NCBI RefSeq assembly: GCF_963506605.1
Contig: NC_083288.1
Location: 38,750,001-38,814,000, forward strand
DNA: 64,000 nt
Reading direction: 5' to 3'
From: Zootoca vivipara
Lineage: Eukaryota
The translations under genes were made by a program, and so were the position numbers. The first letter of the stretch is position 1; every line of letters begins with the position of its first letter. Below, piece after piece: positions 12,138 to 23,300 of the stretch. A model generated the notes under the pieces. It was given only the letters and a program-made list of their open reading frames with translations, had not been told where the DNA came from and did no database searches.

Positions 12138-12261
12138 CTGGGTCATGCTATGACAAAGGCAAGTTATACCAGCAGCCTTCTTCCTTCACTACATACAGCA
12201 AAGCAATATCCCTTTGCGAGGCGACATTTCTCCCAGGAGCAGCGGCAATCGCCATCATCAT
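12138..12261 (-). other. Probable 5' exon of ZNF-A with candidate start ATG ACC CAG at 12146
   Basis: TTCTTAG acceptor and CAG|GTAAGC donor. Last 9 nt are in frame with the downstream exon, giving a model of about 590 aa. Confidence 0.5.
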
Positions 12262-12996
12262 CTAAGAAACCACCCAACCTGCAGCTATTCCAGCTTATAG
12301 ACTTCTAACGTTTTATTTCTAGCAGACAAAATTTCATATCCAATAACCCCAACCTCCCAATATCCCAGCTTTGCTGATGCCCCAAAACTTGTAGACTTGA
12401 AAAGTAAAAATGTTACAAATAATAAATAGAATAACCCCAGCTCTGGACTTCCCATCACTCACAAGGCTATGCATGCTGACAGCTCTTGCACTTTGTGAAC
12501 CCATGGCTAAGCTTTGTTGTCCGCTTGAGGCAAACAGGGAGGGGGGATGCTGCACAGGAAGGTACACATAGCACCACCTTCCCCCTTACTGCTACTTCCA
12601 TGTCTCGTCTAGCATATAAAAATCTCGCTGGTATTAACCCCTAAGATTGCCCAAATTTCCTTCTTTACAATACATTGGATCAGCTAATAAAATATATTAT
12701 ACTAAATACATTATATATATTGTTTTTATGTGAGAATTCAGTGATTTTATTTCATATTTTTGATTTAAGCAATGAAAAACCTAATCCTGATTCTGCTAAA
12801 TTTGCTTCTAAATTTTCTGTATCTCACTCTCCAGTCCAAGCGTAGGAAAATATACCAAAATGGGGAAAGTTTCTCCTGGCATTTCTCTCTTTTTCAGCCT
12901 CCTAAGGTGGTGGGAAAAAATGTTGACTTCTAAAATTTGGTCCATCAGGCTGTTATTGAAGCCAAACGATGAAGGGTAAATTTTTAAATGTTAGTA

Positions 12997-13292
12997 CAGT
13001 GGTACCTCGCTAGACGAATGCCTCACAAGATGAATTTTTCGCAAGACGAATGCATTTTGCGATTTCAATGGAGACTCGCAAGACGAAGTTTCCTATGGCG
13101 CGCTTCACGAGACAAACTTTTTTCATCCCATAGGGTGCCTCGCAAGGCGAAATTTTTTTATTCGTCTTGCGAGGCGCCCTATGGGAAACCACACTTGAAT
13201 GCGTTCCTATGGGAGCCGCTTCACAAAACGAATTTTTCGCTATACGAAGCGACTCGTGGGACGAATTAAATTCGTCTTGTGAGGCACCACTG
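12997..13292. mobile_element. Tc1/mariner-type MITE with internal CGCAAGACGAA repeats
   Basis: TA|CAGTGGTACCTCGCTAGACGAAT ... ATTCGTCTTGTGAGGCACCACTG|TA. Confidence 0.88.
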
Positions 13293-13312
13293 TATCCTTA
13301 ACATACAGTGTA

Positions 13313-13543
13313 CAGTGGTACCTCAGGTTACAGACGCTTCAGGTTACAGACACTTCAGGTTACAGACTCTGCTAACCCAGAAATAGTACCTCGGGTTAAG
13401 AACTTTACCTCAGGATGAGAACAGAAATCCTGCTGCGGCAGTGGGAGGCCATACTAGCTAAAGTGGTACCTCAGGTTAAGAACAGTTTCAGGTTAAGAAC
13501 GGACCTCCAGAACGAATTAAGTTCTTAACCCAAGGTACCACTG
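13313..13543. mobile_element. Tc1/mariner-type MITE
   Basis: TA|CAGTGGTACCTCAGGTTA ... TAACCCAAGGTACCACTG|TA. Confidence 0.88.
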
Positions 13544-14199
13544 TACAGTTTATACCCCTGCAATAATTATTAGTGTGATCCAATATTTATTGACACAGAA
13601 GCAAGCCTCTGATAATTGAATATGGGATTTTAGCCCCAAGCCTTTACATTTTATTTGTTTTATTTATATTTTTATCTTTTTCTTCCTCCAAGCAGCTCTT
13701 TCCTTCTATTTAACATCACAAAAACCTTGTGAGGTAAATTAGGCCATGAGACAGTGACACCCCAAAAATCACCCAGTGACCTTTTATCATCAACAAGGAT
13801 TTGAACTTGGTAGACCCTGAACATAGATTCTGGGATGCTTTTGTGTTTTTGTCCAAACTAACTGCAAAGTTTTGTGGTGGTGCTTTTAATTCATTGAACC
13901 ATGCTTTAACACACAATGTTTCCCAGCAGACACCAAAAGCAGAAAGGCCTCCTTCCAAGAATTGCCTAGATTTTCCATCCTAAAGGGTTAAATTCACAGA
14001 AATAGCCTGGGCACCTTTGTTGGCATTGTCATAATAAAGCTAGAAGCAAGGAAAGGCACAATTAGGATGAGAGAGCTTCTTTGTACATGGCATTGCATTT
14101 GAAGAGTTGGAAAAGGCCGCTTAAAACACAGTTGCCAGGGTACCCCTTGTGTTGCAGGGTTTATATTTCATTTGTGTTGAAAAAAATATCACTGATTCA

Positions 14200-14510
14200 T
14201 GGTCTGTTTCCGAGTCCAGTCAAAAGCATTGGTACTTACATTTAAAGCCCTACATGGCTCAGTAGCCAGATACCTGTTAGACTATCTTCACCTGGATCAG
14301 TCTACAAATAGACTGAGGCTGTCTTTTGAGCTTCTCTACTGGGTGTATCCCCGGTCCAACATAAAATAGGTCATGACCAGGGAGAGTGCCTGTTTGGTGG
14401 TGGCACATTGTCATTGGAACCCCGTCCTCTGGAAAGCTCACCTAGCACCTATGTTGTTTATCAGTTCAGCACCAGGCAAATAAAGACCTTTTTCTTGTCC
14501 CAGGTTTATT
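14200..14510 (+). mobile_element. Old L2-like LINE 3' fragment
   Basis: TTTAAAGCCCTACATGGCTCAG...GATACCTG..., decayed ORF2 C-terminus pattern. Boundaries approximate. Confidence 0.5.
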
Positions 14511-14577
14511 AAAAAAAAACAACAACCACCATACAAACAACAATCCAAGTATTTTAAGCCATGGTGAAATTTCTTAC

Positions 14578-14659
14578 CCATTCTTATCAATTACTGGTTT
14601 TTCAGATCTGGCTGAATTATTTTTTTCCAAGCCATCCCAAGAACATTATTTACTGAAGA
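14578..14659 (-). other. Candidate non-coding (5'UTR) exon, probably of ZNF-A
   Basis: Strong acceptor (TTTTTTGGTTATGTTTCTAACCTGCAG) and TGG|GTAAGA donor on the minus strand. Confidence 0.4.
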
Positions 14660-14713
14660 CTGCAGGTTAGAAACATAACCAAAAAACCCTCACAATAAGT
14701 AAGTTGTGTTCCT

Positions 14714-15371
14714 GCAGGTTGCTGGCCGGCGACGTGGGGCATGGTGAGATCGAGACTCTGGCGTCGGCACCAGAGGTGCAAGTGAAGAAAAGAGCGGGGA
14801 GCTGCTGTGCACGCGCGCGAGAGCCACAGGGGAAAGGTCTGCTTGCGAGATGCTGCGGCGGAAACCGACGCGGCTTGAACTGAAGCTGGACGACATCGAG
14901 GAGTTCGACGGCGCCCACAAGGAACTCGAGAGTCGTAGGAAGCGCGAGGAGGTCGACGTGGTGGGAGCCAGCGATGGTGAGGGTGCACTGGGACTCAACA
15001 CTGATCATAAGAGCCGGGAGCAGATGATACATGACCGAATTGGCTACAAACCCCAGCCCAAACCAAACAACCGTTCATCTCAGTTTCGGAACTTTGAGTT
15101 CTAGAGCCCAAAGTGGCAGTGCCCTAGTACCTGTGAGCTTTGGGGAAAAGCTGAAATTTGTTTCAAGAGCCCGACAGGCTCTGTTTAGAAATACCTAGCA
15201 GAAGAGACTGAGCTTCTCTCCTCTAGGTTTTAAATGGAATTCCTCCTCAAAGCAGAGCAAGTCTTGCTTTCCCTACAAATATGGGATCTCTGTCTTACTT
15301 GATGGTTTCTTTTGTGCAACCTTGCTAGGCTGCCGTGCTTAATAAAATATTTCTTTTTATAAATAAATAAA
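14714..15371 (+). other. CDC26: Processed (retroposed) CDC26 mRNA copy including UTRs
   Basis: Intronless. AATAAA at 15341 is followed by a (TAAA)n tail. Flanked by direct repeat TAAGTTGTGTTCCT at 14700-14713 and 15372-15385. Confidence 0.9.
14850..15104 (+). CDS. CDC26: Anaphase-promoting complex subunit CDC26 (APC12), intact 84-aa ORF within the retrocopy
   Basis: [19 protein letters not shown]...[25 protein letters not shown] is diagnostic of CDC26. No stops or frameshifts. Expression unknown. Confidence 0.9.
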   Translation: MLRRKPTRLELKLDDIEEFDGAHKELESRRKREEVDVVGASDGEGALGLNTDHKSREQMIHDRIGYKPQPKPNNRSSQFRNFEF

Positions 15372-16894
15372 TAAGTTGTGTTCCTAATTCACTCCATCAC
15401 AATGCCTTTGTCTGCCATGTGTCAGCAGTAATCTTGGGGGACGGACGGACAGTATGTTATTCCACTCTTCATATTATAGAACTGAAAGACTCTTAGGGTG
15501 CTGACATTTCCTTTAAACCATGAAAACCAATCAGTTTCTAGCCCTCATGGCAGCAAAGAGAATTTTGGAAGACATGGGATCAGTGCCTGGTGGGATCAGA
15601 AACTAGATTTGGGCTTGATCAGAACTTTCGCTGGTCATAGGCTAGGGCTTCAGTACTAATATATGTTTACATGTAGCTTGTGGGTTTGGGGGAAGCAGAA
15701 TAAATAATTTTACACAGCTCTATGCAATTTGGAAAAGGCCATAGTTCAGTGGTAGACCACATGCTTGGCATGCAGAAGATCCCAGATTCAATCCAACATC
15801 TTCAGGTAGGGCTGGCAGACATCAATCTGAAACTACGGGAAACCACTACCAATATCATCAGTACTGAGCAAGCTACGAGAAAATTTCCTATGTTGCTTAG
15901 GCTCTAGCCCTACACTCACTCGGGAAAAAACACCATTGAACTGAATGGGGCTTGCTTCTAAGCTAGATAAAAGATTACACTTTCATTTGACACGATTTAT
16001 TTCTGGTTACTTTAGTGTGCGTTTTTGAGGGGGGGGGGAGTTTTTACTTTTAGCACAGAACATATACAGCCCAGACCCAAAGTCCCTAGACCATGGAAGA
16101 TTGTAATATGATATTTCTCACTGGTAAGAGATTGATTACGGTGTGAGTGTTTTCCTGGGATACTGCCCTCTCCTACACAGCTGAATATTGGCCTGAATAT
16201 TGTCTATACACTATTAATGGCCAAGCAGAAATTTCATTTGCACAAATGAAGTTCACTGTGAACATTTGCTTTGTCAATCTGAGGCTGAAGTATGTGGCCT
16301 GCCTTGCTTTGTAGGGTTCTATGTTTCAAGAGACAGGTGTGGAAAAAGTGTCCTCCTAACGTTTCCCAGTAAACAGGGGTGACCAGGTCTATTTAGGGAC
16401 CAAATTTTGGTTTAGATGTTCTACAAATACTAGTAAGAGTCTACGAAGTCCAAGGATCTTAAATATATATATGACATATACGCTTTTCCACACACACACA
16501 CACACACACCCCTGCCTTACGAAAACAAAAAACAGAAGACCATCTTCATCTATGCATCCATTCCCACAATGGATACATCTTCATTCCTTCAAGTGTCTCT
16601 TTTCCTGCCAGAAGGGGGAGTTAGTGATACAAACCCAAAGCTTTTGTGTCTATTGGTATTTGCACCAGTGTTAATTATGTCCTTGCTTCAATCAGAGCCT
16701 TGACTACTGATATTATTTTCCTTAACTTTATTACACTAGGATGAGAAAATCTATTCAAGCTCTTGGAGCTCACATCCTGCTTGTGGGCTTCCCAGTCAAG
16801 TGCAAACAGGATGCTGGACTAGATAAGTCACAGCCCTGTTCCAGCAAGCCTTGTATGTTCTTAGTATCTTCCTAATGCCATCATGTGGCACTAT

Positions 16895-17025
16895 AGCAGG
16901 AACTTTTGTCCCTCCAGTTGTTAAGACTCCAGTTCCCACCAGCTCCAATCAACACAGCCGGTGGTCAGGGATGATGGGAGCTGTTGTCCAATGACATCTG
17001 GAGGGCCAAAGGTTACCCATCCCTG
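16895..17025. mobile_element. Degenerate Charlie-type hAT MITE downstream of the ZNF771 stop
   Basis: CCCTCCAGTTGTT...ACATCTGGAGGGCCAAAGGTTACCCATCCCTG. Confidence 0.6.
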
Positions 17026-17377
17026 CACTAGAAACCCATTCTGTCCTAGAAATCAAGATTGCCACCACAAACAAACACGCGTGCACATGCACATACTCTG
17101 CAATATTATTTACTCCTTTTCTTCACAGCAAAAGCAGGAACAGGTCTTTGGAGGTGAACATAGTATTCTATGGAAGCAGATCCAATCTTAGTTCAATACA
17201 AGCATTTTCCCAAACCCATTAAAAAAATGGAGATCAGAATACAACTCTCCATCCTGGTCCATTATTGATTTAGTCGCTGATAAATCTCTCTCCTGTGTTT
17301 GGACTTTGCTTTCTGATCCAGTCAAGAGATCCTGGAGGGCTACTGAAGATTTGCTGTTCAGCTACACCACTGTCCGG

Positions 17378-20300
17378 CTACGTCCAACAGCTGGTGCCAC
17401 ACTCAGTACAAGTATAGGGTCCTTCGCCCAGCACAGAGTCTTCTTGAAGGCCGGATTCTAAGCGGAAACCTTTACCACACTGGCTGCAGATGAGAAGCCG
17501 GCTGCCCTCTTCCCCATCGGTATCATTGTTGCCATTGGAGATGCTGCTATTGGCACACAGGGCATTGTGACCGGACCCGTGAGGGCTGCCATCGTCAGTG
17601 CTGCTGGGGTTTTCATAAAGGAGGCTGACGTGATGGGCACTAATGTTGGCGTCATTGCCAGCTGTATCGACACTGCCAAGGATATCATATGCCAGGCTAG
17701 CACCACGGGCATTGGCATGAGTGCGGCGGTGGCGAATGATGTGGGAGCTGAGCCGAAAGCTCTTCCCACACTCAGTGCAAACATATGGTTTCTCTCCTGT
17801 GTGCACCCGCCAGTGGTCCACTAGGTTGGAGTGGTGGGTGAACCGCTTGCCACACTCAGCACATCCGTAAGGCTTCTCACCTGTGTGGGTGCGCCGGTGG
17901 TTGGCCAGAGTGGAGCTCCCAGAAAAGCGTTTGCCACATTCCTGGCACTGGTATGGCTTCTCCCCTGTGTGGGTCCTCTGGTGGCGAGTAAGGCAGGAAC
18001 TCCCGGTAAAGCGTTTGCCACACACATTACACTGATAAGGCGTGACTCCTGTGTGGCTGCGGCGATGCAGGTTGTAGTTGGAGCTCTGGGAGAAGGCCTT
18101 GCCACACAGCTCACAGCGATAGGGCCGCTCTCCTGTGTGAAAACGGCGGTGCTGGAGGAGGTTTGAGCTGGCCGTAAAGGCTTTGCCACAGTCTCCACAG
18201 ACGTAGGGGCGCTCCCCAGTGTGTGTCCGCTGGTGCTTGGTGAGGGCTGAGCTCTGGTTGAAGCTGCGGCCACAGTCATTGCAGCGGTAAGGCTTCTCAC
18301 CTGTGTGGATGATCTGGTGCTTGGCCAAGTTTGAGCGGCGGCTAAAACTCTTGCCACAAACGCCACAGGTATTGGGGTGTGAGGAGGAGGAGGGCACCTA
18401 CAGGAATGGAGGAAATAATAAGGACAGCTTAGCCTTCTGTAAAAAAGGCACTCTGGGAAGGGATATTAGGAATGCTAGCCTGGAAACTGCCACATAAACA
18501 AGTCATTCTTTTTTTTAAAGAAGGAGTCCATCTTTGTACTGTATCGTAGTTTTAGAAATCAACTTTTGATAAGAGTATATTAAAGAGTTATAATATACTT
18601 AATATACTAAGTATATTAAGAGTTGGTCAAAACCAGTGATCAAAGTTGATATATGCTTGGCAAGCCTCTCTTTTGGCTTAACAGGCTGCCGATGATATAA
18701 CCTGACCTACTTGTAAAGGAAGTGTATATTGTGTCCAAGTGAACTGGGGATGGACAGGAGATTAGACAAGGCTAAAGAGGGTCCCTACTAGTGGTGGTCT
18801 CAATGCTACAGCAGTGTGATAAGAAAAGAGGCATGTGGCCAAATTTTCCCTTGATTGTTCTCTGGCCATATTGTTAAGGCTACATCTTGATGACAAGCCT
18901 TTTTTTGTGAATCTTGGGATTCAGCATGTAGACATTTTTTTCTTTACTATTCCTTCATTGCACTCTTGGGTTTCAGTGACTTACAAGGTCCTAACATTAG
19001 TAAGATGTTGTCCTGTACAATGTCAGAAGAATTGCCAAATACCACTTCTTTCATCCTCGTCCCCCCCTGCCATACAGCTGCCAAGACTCACCAAAAAAAG
19101 GCTAACATCAGAATGCAGCCACAGCAGTCTGGCTCCATCAGCGCCATACATTTAAAGCAGCAGCTTACCACTTTAAACAGTCATGGCTTCTGCCAAAGAA
19201 TCCTGAAAAGTGTTAAGGGTGTCCAGAATTGTTAGGAGACCCATATTCCCATCATACAGCTACAGTTCCTATATTTCCTTGGGAAGAGGGAATGACTATT
19301 AAATCACTCTGGGATTTATAGCTTTGTGAGGGAACAGGGGTCTCCTAGGAACTCTCAGCACTCATAGCAAACTCCAGTTCGCAGGATTCTCAAAGGTCTG
19401 GAAACAATGCCTTATGAGGAACGGCTTAGGGAGCTGGGTATGTTTAGCCTGGAGAAGAGAAGGTTAAGGGGTGATATGATAGCCATGTTCAAATATGTAA
19501 AAGGATGTCATATAGAAGAGGGTGAAAGGTTGTTTTCTGCTGCTCTAGAGAAGCAGACATAGAGCAATGGATTCAAGCTACAAGAAAGAAGATTCCACCT
19601 AAACATTAGGAAGAACTTATTGACAGTAAGAGCTGTTTGACAGTGGAATTTGCTGCCAAGGAGTGTGGTGGAGTCTCCTTCTTTGGAGGTCTTTAAGCGG
19701 AGGCTTGACAGCCATCTGCCAGGAATGCTTTGATGGTGTTTCCTGCTTGGCAGGGGGTTGGACTGGATGGCCCTTGTGGTCTCTTCCAACTCTATGATTC
19801 TATGATTCTTTGGGGGAAACCATGACTGTTTAAAGAGGTACAATACTGCTTTAAATGTATAGTGCAGATCAGGCCTCTGACAGGAGAAACCCAACATTCC
19901 CAAAGATCATGGAAACAGTACAATAGAACCACCTCACCACCCACCCCCATCTACCATAAGTCTCTCCTCCAAGCTCTCCTGACATTCCCTCGGCCATGCT
20001 ACCCCCCAGCACTCACCAAAATCCCATCTATTGGGATGGTGACTTTTTGCATCTCGAATTCTTGAGCCTTCTGCTCCTCCACCTCCACCTTCATCTCTTC
20101 CTCAGGTGGCAAGTCCTGTAAGGCAGTAGAAGCAAGCTAGAGCAAGTTTGACCAAGACAATGATTTCACTAGCCGTTGCAAACCTAGTGCCCTCCACATG
20201 TTTTTGACTACAATTCCAAACCAGCTGTGCTGGCTAGGGCTGATGGGAGCTGTAGAACATTTGAGGGGCCAGTTTTTCAAAGCCTGAGCTAAGCAATCCT

Positions 20301-23300
20301 TTCTTTTCCTGAAAGCTGGTCTTTCTTTCCCCTCACCCAAATAAAGCATCTTACCTTCCCATCTTCATCTCCACTCACTGGTTTCCCACCTGCGGAAACC
20401 CTCCTCACCTCCACTTCAAATTCCAGATTCTCTTCCTCATCCTTTTCCTTCTTCACTCTTCTTCTAATTATCAGTTCTTTCTCACTGCCATCCTCCATTA
20501 TTAGCCTATTCTGGGAGAATGAAGACTCTGGCTAGAAAAGGCAAAAACAGCATGAAGTGAGCATTTTTACACGTATCTTATCCCTCTAGAGACAAATAGT
20601 TCTCGAATGCTGAGACAGGCCTAGATGGCCTTACTTGAACCAGAGGTTACCAACCTTTTGGAGCCAGTGAGCACATTTGGAATCCTGCAGAAGTACCATT
20701 GGTGCCTGTCACAAAATGGCTGTTATGGGGTTGTGCAGAAGAGGATGAACAAATGCAAAGAGGTACTAAGCAGGAAGATCAAACAGTCTCATACACTGTA
20801 GATTTTGAGGGGATATTTACTGAGACCTTTTGTGGGCACCATAAGAGGTACTGTAGGTACACTGGCAGCTGCTGCACTGGTGACCCCTGCACTAAACCAA
20901 GTACATATCGTCAACCATATAGTGTGACCTATATGATCCTGGACAACCCTCCTGTGTTTTACTGTCCCAGGCGGTCACCAAGGGTCATCACAGATGACTA
21001 GCAAGTCAAATGTTGTGCATGCCTAAGGCTAAGGAGGGAAGAAATGGTTTGTCAATTGACAATACTTTGTCAATTTCTCCTCACAGTATGTGTTCTCTGC
21101 AGCCAACTCAAACAGCCATTTTTAAAATATCAAAATCACTACCGGTGTTGACTTTTGCCAAAGGAAAGCAACTTATAGAAGAATACTGAAAATGATAACC
21201 ATTTATGTAGCCCTCAGCATGCAGAACGTGTGGGTTTTTTGTTTTTGTTTAAAGGTAGGCCACTGAGCTTTCTGAGTGGCAGTTTTTTCACACTACTAAA
21301 AAGCAACAATGTGAGTATGCAACCCATTCCATAGTGTGCCACAACTGCTGCTCTTTGTTCCTTTCCAGCTCTCCAATTCTTAGTTTCTTAATAAGAGGGA
21401 AGAGCAAAATAATTCAGATTTTGCCTTTAAAAGTTGAAGAACAATACTCTTGCAGGCAAGATCTTGTTTTTATCTCTAATAAAGAATATGGTTGCCAACT
21501 AACCAGCAAATGGATTCTCTTATACATTTAGCAGTGGCTCATTCTTCAGAAATTACCAGACAACACTTTCCATGGGATAGAGATAAAAATCACTGTGATG
21601 AAAAGTTGGAGCAAAGAGTGCTTGTATCTGGCAAAACTGTTTAGCATTCTTTTCTGTCATGTTCCAAGTCTTGGGTACCCAAATGGTTTCCACCTACCAG
21701 GAGTAGAGATGACTCACATTCACGTCTCTAAAATTCCCCTTTCCAGGTTGTGGACAAAATATAACCAGGCCAATCACTTCAGTGTACATACTGGTGTGTC
21801 ATGTTCCTGAGTACATAAGAAAATCTTATCCAGCGTGCTATGGCAACTCCTGATTGATGGATTCTCTTCTCTCTGCCAACCCCATTATATTGTGTAGTAG
21901 CAAAGATGGCGCTGAATTGAAATTTGTCACCTATCCGTCATGTTTATCATCCTCCTTGGGACAACTATGTGGTTTGTAAGTAAGTTATGCAATCTCCTTT
22001 TTATACTGTTTTCTGTAAGTTATTCATGCAACATTCACACCATACATTTAAAGTGGTACCATGCCACTTTAAATAGTCATGGCTTCCCCCAAAGAATCCT
22101 GGGAGCTGTGGTTTGTTAATGGTGCTGACAGTTGTTAGAAAAACACTATTCCCTACAGAGCTACAATGCCTGGAGTGCTTTATCAATCTGTATTCAGTTC
22201 TAATATCAACTGAAGGACGGTGGCAGCAGCAATCTTTAAGTACGGAGACAAATGACATATTTTCTCCATAAACATCCAAATCATGCTGCTTTGTAAAAAG
22301 GCTGGCTGGGAGGCTGGCAATGCTAATGAAGAATATTATATGTTAGAAAGGGGTGCAGATGTAAACAGGAGCACTTTATACAGTGTACCCTTTTCTGCTA
22401 TACAGTGGTACCTCTGGTTACAAACACCTCGAGTTACAAATACTTCAGGTTACAGACTCCGCTAACCTGGAAGTAGTACCTCGGGTTAAGAACTTTACCT
22501 CAGGATGAGAACAGAAATTGTGCGCTAGCAGCACACCGGCAGCAGGAGGCCCCATTAGCTAAAGTGGTACCTCAGGTTAAGAACAGTTTCAGGTTAGGAA
22601 CGGACCTCCGGAACGAATTAAGTTCGTAACCAGAGGTACCACTGTATAGATGTAGCCCTGAGATCTAGTCATCGGTTTGTTTTCATTACTCACCATGTTG
22701 TCACCCACTGGGATCTCAAGCATCTTCACCACAATTGGAGGCTCTTCCTCCTTCTCTGTTGCCACCTTTTCTGTTTTGCTTGAAGTGGCAAGTCGTGTCC
22801 ATTTCCTTGGAGTAGGCGGCAGAGGCTGAAAGAAGAGGTAAAGTAGCTGGGAGCGGATTTTACATTATTTTTATTCCTTAGATTTCTATTTCATATTTTT
22901 TCCAAGGAACTCAAGGCAGCACATGCTGTTCTAGCCCTCATCCACTTTATCCTCACAACAACCCTGTGAGACAGGCTAGCTTGAGAGAAAATGTGTGTGA
23001 GAGAATGAAATATGACTGGTCCAAGGTCACGGATCAGCCTCAAGCTTGAAGATCTGATCCTGCTCTCCCCACCCCTTAATCCAACACTATAACCCTAAAC
23101 TATCTTGTTTTTCTATGAAGTCAGGCACAGTAATACACCAACCAATCCTGTGTAATCTGGACAGGGCAGAACACAAGGAGCCAGCATACCATAGTGGTCA
23201 GAATGCTACACTAGGATCAGGGAAGCCTGGGCTCCAACTCTCACATGGCCATGAAACTTGCTGGGTGCTCTTAGGCTGTCACTACCCCTTGGCCTAACAG

